Below, piece after piece: positions 11,740 to 21,705 of a DNA stretch of 35,496 nucleotides. How positions within the stretch are numbered: position 1 is the stretch's first letter; each line of letters opens with the position of its first letter. The translations under genes and the position numbers were made by a program. Below the pieces are notes generated by a model that saw only the letters and a program-made list of their open reading frames with translations, was not told where the DNA came from and made no database searches. Origin of the DNA: Proteromonas lacertae (Eukaryota); contig NGBS01000652.1 of NCBI GenBank assembly GCA_002245135.1, positions 1 to 35,496 of the forward strand, in the 5' to 3' direction.

Positions 11740-12706
11740 TTTTCTTCAGTGCGTGAATAGAATAGAGAATCACCATCATCATCATCATGTATATTGAAGT
11801 AAAAACAGGATAACTTTAGTCTGTATGATTTATATTCTAATAGTTTAGAGATATATTCTCTTAGCAAATCGCTTATGAGAATAACATCTAACTCCAATAC
11901 TTCAATATTAATATACAAATCTATACACTGCATATAATGAATCATTATTTTTGTTCTTTTTGATTATTCTGAACTCATTTTTATCTTTCTGATTTTTTAT
12001 TTTCTTAGTAAAAACAATTGCATTGCCATGCTGGGGGTTTGATACTTTCTCACTCAACTTTTTAATCGAATTCATTACCATCTTACTATTTTTTTTCTCT
12101 TTTCTAATATTAACAGATTGTTTGATATTATCTATTACTGACTTATTCCTATTAATATCTTTATTTATTTTTTCATCATTTATTTCTTCATTGTCAATGT
12201 TATAACCATAATCTACATTATTATTACTTATATTGTAAAATAATTTTGGGTTTTCTTTTTGTAGTTCTTCTACATCTATATAAAAAAAACTTCTTGGCTT
12301 GACATGTATTGTTGAAAAAATCGAAGTATTCATATCTTCAATTATATTTTCTATAAATTCTATCCATTCATGACCCTCATTTCCAGATAAGTAACCATCT
12401 ACTAAGCGTTCTATAACTTGATTATAATGTTCAACCTTACCATTCGTTTGAGGATGGTAAGGCGAGCTTGTTATCTTTTTGGTATAATAATCTGCCATTA
12501 ATTCATTCAATATACTGTTGACAAACTCAGGTCCGTTATCAGATTGAATAATTGATGGGGCACCGAAGATTCGTATATAACTTTTAATATTTTCTGCTGT
12601 TTCTTTGGCACTTTTAGTCTTTTGACAATAAATCATAAAAAACTACTATAATGATCAATAATAGATAAAAGAAATTTTTCATTTGAATGATATTTGCTCA
12701 TATTCA
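11740..12706 (-). pseudogene. 5'-truncated retroviral-type (rve) DDE integrase, Ginger/Polinton/Gypsy-like
   Basis: KFLLSIIDHYSSF, frameshift, then KTKSAKET..FGAPSIIQSDNGPEF..SSPYHPQTNGKVE with D-35-E spacing. First catalytic Asp and zinc finger absent; no RT or gag nearby. Confidence 0.85.
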
Positions 12707-12708
12707 TT

Positions 12709-12904
12709 TATAGTGACCATCCTATATCAAATAAAACAAAAAAAAAAATGAACTCGAGTAAAATCTCGAAACACATCTATTTTTCTAAGTGTTATAGTTA
12801 GAGCTAGGATAAGTTTGAATACATAATAAATATATCAATTGATTTGTTTTCTTTTTCTCTATCTTTCTATGTATTTATGTTTGACTATAATCGAAATCTA
12901 ATTT
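12709..12904 (+). repeat. Third, deleted copy of the palindrome-associated repeat (half palindrome plus pieces of both flanks)
   Basis: 12713-12728 GTGACCATCCTATATC is the exact reverse complement of 13269-13284, and similarity continues to ~12750. 12823-12904 resembles the reverse complement of ~13353-13443. Confidence 0.7.
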
Positions 12905-13121
12905 AATAAAAAAAATTTTGCGTATAATTAGCTACACATATATATACACTTATAATAACCCCAAACAAACACTATTTTGATATATAATATTTATTTATTG
13001 AAATTTTATAATAATAAATTTTAAGGACTTAATTAGCAGTCCTATTCATCAATGCCAAATACTTCTATGTCGTCATAAAGTTTTCTTGGCTTCTTCAACT
13101 CTTTCAAAACATTGCCAAAAC

Positions 13122-13381
13122 ATTGGCTTTGTGTAAGAGTGTTGTTTTCATAATTTACATAATTAATTAGCATTATAACAAGTCTTATAAAGAAAATGAT
13201 TAATAAAAAATAGATTCGTTTCAAAAGTGATTTGGTTTGAACTCCATTTTTTTTGTTTTGATTTATGTGATATAGGATGGTCACCATATGTTGTCATATC
13301 ACACAGTATGGTGGCCATCCTATCTATTATTGTTTTTTGAATATTTTTAAGAAAATTATATTTCGATTATGATCAGAAAGT
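13122..13381 (-). repeat. Right arm of the long inverted repeat, containing an imperfect 52-bp palindrome (13272-13323)
   Basis: ATAGGATGGTCACCATATGTTGTCATATCACACAGTATGGTGGCCATCCTAT, 7 substitutions relative to 10971-11022. Confidence 0.9.
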
Positions 13382-13528
13382 CAAACTAAGGGCATATATG
13401 AGCCCAGCATAAATAGAGAAATCGATTGATGTATTTTTTATTGTCTAATTATGTTTCTAAGGGTGAAAAAACAATATGGGGAAATGACTCATAAAAAAAC
13501 GGATATTTTTTTGGATCAAAAACACATA

Positions 13529-15530
13529 CCGTCAAGTTATTAATTATATATAATAACTAGCCGTTTTAAGCACAGTTTAAATTTTTTTTAATTTTGTTTT
13601 TTTTCATTATATGCGATATTGATAATAACAAAAAGTATATCAATTATTATAATTTTGTTTAGCTTCTACAAATTTTTAATTTCAGCTGTGTCTATATTTA
13701 ATTTATATATATTTCAAGAACTGTATAAATAACATCATCAACTGTGTATATATTTAATATAATATACTACTTTCCCCCTTTATATAATATATCTCTGATT
13801 AATTAATTTATTTATATAATCTATACAAACAAAGGCTAATTACCTTCTAATACCTTGTTTGTATTTTAGAAAAAAGAAGTATATAGAAAATGGAATAATT
13901 TAAAACAATTTATTATTAACATTTAGTATTAGCATAGTAAAATGGTATAATTTCATTAAATGGTTGAAATTTTTGTTAAAGGATGTAGGTAAAATGGTAA
14001 TGATGAAGTAAAGTAAGATATATTATGAAGTGTATAATTGTACAAATACTTATATAATAAACTTCAACAACAATAGTATTAACAGTTTCATTCATTTATA
14101 CATCAGCATTTTGGTATATATTGTAATCAGGGTATATATAATTATCTTCTATATAGTTAATTTCTTCTTCAACATCTTTTACCTTAGATATGGAGAAGAA
14201 ATGTTGTAATATAGTTTTAGTTTCTGGATTATCAACACAAACATCATCTATAGCTAAAGCAATGTTCAAATTCTTTTAGTAGAATAGTTTCTTTTAAGCG
14301 AATGCTTTCTTACTTCAGTAAAGTATAAATCATAATCTATATCACTTAAGCTTTTAGGTAAAGGTATATCTTTATAATAACCTATTCTAGCAAACCCATT
14401 GTATCCTGATTTATCACTACATAGAAATTCACACACATCAAGGATAATTTCACTTCTTGTTTGATGTTTAGGATAAATATCTTCGTATATATTATCTACT
14501 TTTAATTGATCCATTTTATACTGTTCACTTTTTTTAGTTAAATATACTTTTAAAGAACGATTCACACAGATGTCTAACGGTTGTAAAACAGGAGTACAAT
14601 GGGGAGGTATTAATACTATTATTATATGGTATTTAAGACATAAAGATATGATCTCCTCGGTTAAATGGCAGATGAAGTGATCCCACAGAAGTATGCTATA
14701 ATTAACTCCACCCGTATGAGGTACTATTATTTCTTCAATATAATGCTTGGTTAAGTCAGTTGTTAACCAAGCATTGCTGTTTGCATATATTATTGATTTT
14801 GTCATTACTTCATTGTTAACCAAACGTTTTACTTCTTTTCCTTTTATTACAATAAAAGGATATTATCTCCAATAAACTCCCAATTTTTAGGTATGTTATC
14901 TTTTTTGATGATGTTATCCTTCTTAGTGATATACCATTCCTTTTTGTAAAGACTTTTGCCCATGACAAACTATAGCTAATCTTTATATTATCCTTAAAAT
15001 CAGATTCTTCAGCTAAACCTTTTGCTACCACTGATACTGTACTATGATGTACAGGTATACCTAAATATCTTAAAGTAAAAATAAAATTGAGTAAAGTTAA
15101 GTCAAATAGAAGAGAAGTTTCCCGTTTTCTTCCTGCACCTGGTCTTTTACCATTCGATCTTAATAAAACTTCTTCATCTGTTAAGGTTAAGTACTTACAT
15201 ATGTTTTCATAAGGAATGTCCATTTTCTCAGATAATTCTCTTCTAGTATAGAATTTAATCTGATTTCTGATGAACACAATTCTATTCCTTCCCTCAGTGG
15301 ACCTTCTAGGTATTTTTTGATTTCTAATAGCAAACATTAATGTCGAAAGAAGCACTATAACAACTAGAGATAATGGGTATACGATTTTAAAATTAATTGT
15401 AATTTTAATTATGAAATTATTTGGGTATTTAGTTATAAAAGAGTAAATTTAAATTTAAAAATTAATCAATTAAAAAATATTTTCGCACACCCATTTATTC
15501 AAAAATTATATTTAATTCGTAACTTGACGG
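13529..15530 (-). mobile_element. pogo/Tc2-like DNA transposon, 2002 bp, internally deleted
   Basis: 26-bp TIRs CCGTCAAGTTA(TT/CG)AATTA(T/A)ATATAAT (23/26 match), TA on both sides (13527-13528, 15531-15532), transposase ORFs inside. Confidence 0.92.
14266..15355 (-). pseudogene. pogo transposase remnants: HTH/CENP-B-like region (14816-15355) and DDE_1 region (14266-14823)
   Basis: RPGAGRK, SLSWAKVFTKRNGISLRRIT; NSNAWLT, LLWDHFICH, IPPHCTPVLQPLD with D-35-D spacing. The first-Asp (N-x-DET) block is missing at the frame break. Confidence 0.88.
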
Positions 15531-15931
15531 TAGGGGGAAATGACTCATGAGTCATTTCCCCCTAATACTCATTATTATTTTATCTTTCATTCATCTTTTA
15601 AATCAAGAAAATTCATTTCTATTTTGACAATGTCATTTACATGTATTATTTACATTTTCATTCTTTTCAAACTCATTTCATCATTATTTCTATTCTAATT
15701 TAGTTTTTAGTGTATTTTAAAGTATATCTATGCATAGATAGGTAATATAAGCAAAAGAATATTTGTTTAGTAAATATCACAATTTGTGAGTGAATAGAAT
15801 TATAGAATAACCGAATTGAAGTAAAGATGTTATTATTAAACAAAAATTCACAGTATTAAATGAAAGAAAAGAAATACAAAATAATACATAAAAATACATA
15901 ACAATACAGTATTAAAATTTGATTAAAAAAA

Positions 15932-17549
15932 ATGAATGAAATGAAGGAGATAATAAAGCAGATCCAACCGAATTTAGAAGTATTTAATATATTGTATATA
16001 TAATGAAAATAGATAAGAAGAGAAGTGAAATTGCTGAAATTTAAGAGTGTTTATGAAATGAAAGTGTCAAATGAAATAAAAATCATAAAAATGTATGAAT
16101 TGAAGAAGATTCCAAATAATAAATTGATGAAATATAAAGAGAATATGTTAATGATCGAAAATTTAAGTGATAAATATATGAAAAGTGAAATGAAAATGAG
16201 TGATGATAATAACTATGTAATGATAAATCGAAATAAATATGATATTGATTTAAAATATCTGATATACAATAGTGAAAATGAGATATCCGTGAATGATGTG
16301 ATATTATCAATATGTGAAACAATGAATATATTAAATGAGAATGAAATATATAATATGAATTTGAAAAGTTCTAATATAATAAATGAAAATGGTTTAATGA
16401 AAATGTGTGATATTTGTTTAAATGAATTGAGAAATGAAGATGAAAATATGATAGAAATGAGTAAAATGAATTGTATAAGTTATGAAGAATTGATGATTTG
16501 GTCAATTGGCTGTATATTATATGAAATGATTTGTAAGAAATTACCATTCAATGAAGATAATAATATGAATAAAACGATTAACAACATAATAGAATGTAAA
16601 TGGAAAGTGAAAATATGTATAAATCCATTCTATTACAATATTCTATCCCAAATCTTCGTAAAAGAAAAATCAAATCGAATGAGTATAAAAGAGTTGTATA
16701 AAGAAATGATCAAGATGAGTGAAATGTGGAGAGATGAAGAAAATGATGTAATGATGTGTAAAGAAAGAAAAGAAATGTTATTGAATATTGATTATTTACT
16801 AGAAATAATACCATTAAATTTTCAATCAGAATATTATCTTCAATATAATAGATATGAAAGTATAAATAATACTATAATTAATATTTGAATAGAAATTCGA
16901 GATTCATTGATAAGATCTTACAACAATAAAGCAAATGATAGAATATTATCAATATTAATGATGATGAAATTATACCAAGATGATGAATCAATAAAAAACA
17001 GATTGAAATTTCAAATTTGTCACAGATGTGAAGAAAAAGAAAAAGAATTTTATTTAGATTAATCTTCGACGTTTTTATGGTAGTATTTACATTGAATTAA
17101 GGGAGTGTTTCTGTGTGAAGAAGGAATGAATTATTTCTTCAGGATATTGAAGTTAATCAATCCAACACACTTCAAATTTTGTATAATTCTAATCATTTTA
17201 TTTGTATAGATTATCTATCAGTCAATAATCATCAATTATTATTTGGGTCTTTATTCTCTCAGTTATCAGATCTACAAGAATTAGATTTATTTGATTGTCA
17301 TCTTACTTCTGATTTTGTTGAATCATTTGTTAAATCAATTCCATTCATGAAATTGAAATATGTAGATCTTCGATGTATTAATTTGTTTTAATATTCCTTG
17401 AAATAGATAATCCAATTGGTCCAAAAGGATTCAAATTATTAATTCCATATTTACATTTATTAATTAGCAAAGATAATGAATTGAATCTTTGTGGAATGAA
17501 TTTAAATGATGAATCAATGATATTATTATCAGAAGAATATTATATAAAT
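15932..17549 (+). pseudogene. Truncated, disrupted paralogue of the pseudokinase-LRR gene at 26575
   Basis: 15579-17549 aligns to ~26222-28229. It has a 24-nt in-frame deletion near 16492, a ~10-nt deletion giving a stop near 17060 and a 1-nt deletion near 17114; the 3' LRR exons are absent. Confidence 0.88.
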
Positions 17550-17636
17550 TACTTCAAATATCAAAACACATTCTTTATATTGATTAGCAAAAAAGTATAA
17601 GAGATAATCAATTAATATTTCAATAATAATAGAATA

Positions 17637-20600
17637 TTACATCATTTGAACTTGGTTTTGACATCCTTCTCCACTAAATCCATCAAAACATTCACAAACT
17701 CCAGTTGAGTAATTACAAATACCTCTTCCACTACAATCTCGATATTCATTTCCTACTGTATTTGTTGCTTCTTCTGGATCTTCATCAGATGGACATTCAA
17801 TTAAACTACAATCATATCCACGATGTCTTTTATCACATAAACAACCAAATACTTGATTATCAAATGAAACTTTATCACCACCACCATCACTAACATCGTG
17901 TTTATTTCCAAATCCTTCATATCCAATTAAATCTTCATTTGATAATAATTCACTCAAAGCAACACATCGACCATTTCCATTACAATTATTTGGACAATCT
18001 AATCTTTGACAAGCACTTCCACTAAATCCATCATAACATTTACATAATCCAGTTGTTCTATCACATTCTCCTTGTCCACTACATTCTAATGAAACATGAG
18101 TTGATCCTTCACTCTTCCAGCTTATTTTTATTTCTAATCCACCTGATATACTACCAGCTAATGATCTTAATCTAATTCTTTTTCCTTCTGGTATTTTGAT
18201 TTGATTTGATAATAATAATACAAATCTTCCTAATTTATCTTTACTTATCTTCAATATTTCACTATTTCCTCTACTTTCTTCTTTTCCATCTCTTAGGAAT
18301 ATTAATTCAACTTTATTTCCTACTACTACCATCTTTTGACTTTCAATTCCTATCATATCTGGAGGAATTGATATTGTTGGAGATGATTCTTTATCTAAAT
18401 CAAATAAATCAACTTTATTTTTGTTATCTTCTTTTAATCTATTAGAATCACTTTTTACATATTTCTTATCATTAAATGATATTTCAACATCTCCATTTGG
18501 CTTCTTTATTTCTTCACTTTTACCATCTTCTTTTATTTCACTTTTACCATAATAATATTTATTAGATTCTTTTCGAACAAAATCAAATAATTCACTTGAT
18601 TCTATATTCATTTTATTCTTTCCATTTGAATCACTTAACATATAACAAACTTCACCTTCACTTGGTTTTTTATCTCCATTAAATTTAATTTTTATATCAT
18701 ATACAGTCTGATTTTTCATTTTAATTATATTCACATTATCATATATTATCACTTCTTTAGTTAATGATGATGATGGATTATAACAAGCAATATTTCCATT
18801 TATTGAATCAAATATTTCACCATAACCAATCCAAGTGATTATTCCATTACCATAATTTTCACTATTCAATTTCATTACATTATAAAATGACATATCATTT
18901 CTTCTGTTTATTTCTTTACAATCTTTTATATTTTCTAATAATATTTCATTTTCACCAGTTAGAATTCTTCTTCCTGATTTTAATGAATTATCAAATTGAT
19001 AATAACTTTTACCTTCTTTCACTCCTTTTACATCTATTAATCCTACTTTTCCATCAATATTACATTGTAATTTTCCTCCAATTAATGGTAAATCTTTAAT
19101 TATATCTTCTAAGAAATTACTTATTTCATATAAATTAGTATTTGGATCAATATTTCTTATTTCAGTTATTGCTGGTTCAGTTGGTATTTCAGAGGGAAGT
19201 GGAGGAATATTCAAATACATTACATAAAATGGAATATCATTTTCAGTAATAGCAGGTGTGGAAGTAAAAGTAATTACCTTCGGTATTGAGGCAAGTGATC
19301 TTCTAGGAGGAGAAGGTGTAGGATCTTTTATTGTACTTATTTTACAATCAATTGTCTTTTCTTCAAATGGAGTAACTTTTGATTTTGTTTTTAATTTAAA
19401 TGAATTATCTATCTTAATTTTTGATTCAATCTCTTCAAAATCTGGAATTGTTATTGTTGAATCAGCGTTGTTAGTATCTAATGTTATTTCACTTCCACTA
19501 TTTAATATAATCACTTCAGTTCCATCTTCTTCTTTCTGATATGTTGTTTTAGTAGGAGAAATATAATCACCATAATAACATTTACCATCAGTTGATTTTT
19601 CACATGCAATTTTATCTTTTATATCACTTTCTTCAAGCTTAACGTCTGATTTATCAAATTTAGTAATCATAAAACAAAGATAATCTCCTGCAATTGTAGA
19701 AGTAAATTTAAATTTTACAAGAGTAGTATCAGAATTATCATAGCTCAGTGAAGTTTCATATGTATTAAATTCTTTAGCTTTATCATCTGTTTTAAAACAG
19801 GAAAACTTTACTTTATCAATATCTGAAAATCCAGAATCTTTAAAGAATTTACCATATTTTTCCCAAGTAATTTCATTACTAGTTTCAAGTACTCTTTGTC
19901 GAGGAGTTATTTCAAATGTTACTGGAAAGGTTTTAGCTGTTGTTAAATCATTTCTTTTTGATTTTATTTTCTCACATTCAAATGATCCTTTATCTGCATC
20001 AGATACTTTATCGCTTAATACTTCAATGAAACTATATATTATCACTTTGTTACTACTATCTTTAACTATTCCTTTTACATCAACTTCAACTATAGGTATT
20101 ACATCACCAGATTCTGGTGTATATTTACATTGTAATACTCCACCTTCTCTTTTTAATGAATATAATAAATTCTCAGCAAAATAATATGCTTTATATAATG
20201 GAGTAGTTACTGAAATTATACTTGTTGTTGGTAATGGTGTTAATTGACTAATTGGTGATGATCTTAAATATGGTAATATAATACCATTATTATCAGCAGG
20301 TATAATTTTATCAGTTTTTGTTGAATCAATCATCTTTACTGGAACTTCTCTGAATATTCCACTTTCTAATACAGTTGAATAAACTATTCTATTTTCACCA
20401 AAATATAATGCATCATCACCACTAGTAGGAGGAGTTATTGTAATAACTTTATCATCAACAGTTCCGCATATATCATGTTGACTATTTGTACAAGCATCAG
20501 TTTTATATTTACCAATATAATATACATCACCTTCTTTTCTAATATTATCAGATATTTCACTTTCTTCCAATTTAATATCCTTTCCTTCACCATCCATTAA

Positions 20601-21575
20601 ACATAAACAAATATCACCATTTCCAGGAACATTACCTTCAGTTGTACCAGTAATAGTAAATACAACATTATTAGCAGAAGATTCTTCTTTGGTATTTCTT
20701 ACTGCTTTGAAAGTAAATGGTTTTAATTCTTTTCCAATTAATGAAGTAGAAGCTGCTGATGCAGTTGCATCTGTAGGAGGAGTATAACAAGCAAATACAA
20801 ATTTATCATTTTCATATGTTGTTGGAGTGTCTTTATTTTGTTGTAATAATCCCATATCAGTTAATATTGATCCATATCCTTCCCATGTAATTGTTGAAGT
20901 AAATGGTTGACTTCCACCTGATGGAGTTGTTGTTGTAGTAGGTATTGGATTAATTTGAGTTAAATCATTTCTCATTTCCAATATCTCATTACATTTTACA
21001 CTGTCATAATCAGAAGAATCACTTTTAGATGAATCTCCAATTGATGTTACTTTATCATTAAATAATACATATGAATAACTATCAGTGTGAGTTATTACAT
21101 TCACTTGAGATATACTTCTAACATTTCCTTTAATAAATTCACATTCGATTATTCCTCCTGTTTTGGGAAAGAATTCTACCAATTCTTCTATACCACTCAC
21201 TTTCCACAAGTTACTATCATCAGACTTATCTAAAGGAGTTTTACTTGCTAATTTCAAATCATAACCACTTGAAGATGGTGTTAATTCTCTTTTTACTGAT
21301 GCTAATTCACGATTCTTCGATGTATAACTACTTCCACTTCCTAAACTAGGTAAAAGTGAAGGAACTAAACTGAAAGAGTTTCCTTTTGGACATAAACGTA
21401 AACTACAATCATAACCACTGTATTCTTCACCACTTTCACTATCACTGAAACACTTACAAACTGAATTCTCACAACTACCATAACTACTACAACCATTAGG
21501 ACAAACACTCATTACAATATTCAACAATAATCCACATAATATCAATATACTCATTAATACCCTATAAACTCTCAT
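17637..21575 (-). CDS. Secreted Sig1/Ocm1 (tubular mastigoneme)-like EGF protein with a ~1100-aa insertion of three ~340-355-aa repeats; intronless, 1312 aa from ATG 21575
   Basis: Signal peptide MRVYRVLMSILILCGLLLNIVMS; CPNGCS..GYDCSLRLCPKG; C-terminal ECSGQGECDRTTGLCKCYDGFSGSACQRLDCPNNC..GCLCD..DCSLIECP..DP..DCSGRGICNYSTGVCECFDGFSGEGC. Confidence 0.85.
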   Translation of the reverse strand: MRVYRVLMSILILCGLLLNIVMSVCPNGCSSYGSCENSVCKCFSDSESGEEYSGYDCSLRLCPKGNSFSLVPSLLPSLGSGSSYTSKNRELASVKRELTPSSSGYDLKLASKTPLDKSDDSNLWKVSGIEELVEFFPKTGGIIECEFIKGNVRSISQVNVITHTDSYSYVLFNDKVTSIGDSSKSDSSDYDSVKCNEILEMRNDLTQINPIPTTTTTPSGGSQPFTSTITWEGYGSILTDMGLLQQNKDTPTTYENDKFVFACYTPPTDATASAASTSLIGKELKPFTFKAVRNTKEESSANNVVFTITGTTEGNVPGNGDICLCLMDGEGKDIKLEESEISDNIRKEGDVYYIGKYKTDACTNSQHDICGTVDDKVITITPPTSGDDALYFGENRIVYSTVLESGIFREVPVKMIDSTKTDKIIPADNNGIILPYLRSSPISQLTPLPTTSIISVTTPLYKAYYFAENLLYSLKREGGVLQCKYTPESGDVIPIVEVDVKGIVKDSSNKVIIYSFIEVLSDKVSDADKGSFECEKIKSKRNDLTTAKTFPVTFEITPRQRVLETSNEITWEKYGKFFKDSGFSDIDKVKFSCFKTDDKAKEFNTYETSLSYDNSDTTLVKFKFTSTIAGDYLCFMITKFDKSDVKLEESDIKDKIACEKSTDGKCYYGDYISPTKTTYQKEEDGTEVIILNSGSEITLDTNNADSTITIPDFEEIESKIKIDNSFKLKTKSKVTPFEEKTIDCKISTIKDPTPSPPRRSLASIPKVITFTSTPAITENDIPFYVMYLNIPPLPSEIPTEPAITEIRNIDPNTNLYEISNFLEDIIKDLPLIGGKLQCNIDGKVGLIDVKGVKEGKSYYQFDNSLKSGRRILTGENEILLENIKDCKEINRRNDMSFYNVMKLNSENYGNGIITWIGYGEIFDSINGNIACYNPSSSLTKEVIIYDNVNIIKMKNQTVYDIKIKFNGDKKPSEGEVCYMLSDSNGKNKMNIESSELFDFVRKESNKYYYGKSEIKEDGKSEEIKKPNGDVEISFNDKKYVKSDSNRLKEDNKNKVDLFDLDKESSPTISIPPDMIGIESQKMVVVGNKVELIFLRDGKEESRGNSEILKISKDKLGRFVLLLSNQIKIPEGKRIRLRSLAGSISGGLEIKISWKSEGSTHVSLECSGQGECDRTTGLCKCYDGFSGSACQRLDCPNNCNGNGRCVALSELLSNEDLIGYEGFGNKHDVSDGGGDKVSFDNQVFGCLCDKRHRGYDCSLIECPSDEDPEEATNTVGNEYRDCSGRGICNYSTGVCECFDGFSGEGCQNQVQMM

Positions 21576-21705
21576 TTTCGTTGTTTTAATCTTTTTCAAC
21601 GTTGAGAAATAGCTGACATGTCATAATTACACAAAATTACATTTTCATTTTTCTCTTTAAATACAACATTAGAATCAACATGATGTTTATAAACAAACAA
21701 AGTTC

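Larger units (their letters stand above)
13461..15562. mobile_element. ~98-bp non-autonomous mini-element with TAA target duplication (Harbinger/Tourist- or Zator-like), split by the pogo insertion
   Basis: TAA (13458-13460) GGGTGAAAAAAC ... GTCATTTCCCCC TAA (15563-15565). Motif GGGGAAATGACTCAT at 13478-13492 and twice in the palindrome 15531-15564. Confidence 0.55.

Noticed and set aside
13042..13287. 81-aa ORF
   Set aside because: Lies largely within the inverted-repeat arm; the homologous arm has indels that break it.
10971..13323. Palindromes as CRISPR repeats or LTRs
   Set aside because: Only two full copies 2.3 kb apart, no spacers or cas genes; flanks are inverted rather than direct, and there is no RT or gag.
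15541..15555. AP-1-like TGACTCA/TGAGTCA sites
   Set aside because: Better explained as part of the mini-element palindrome; no evidence for regulation.
21665..21705. Possible Helitron 3' end (TGTTTATAAACA palindrome then CTAA-T on the minus strand)
   Set aside because: Short AT-rich palindrome expected by chance; no Rep/helicase or matching 5' end seen.
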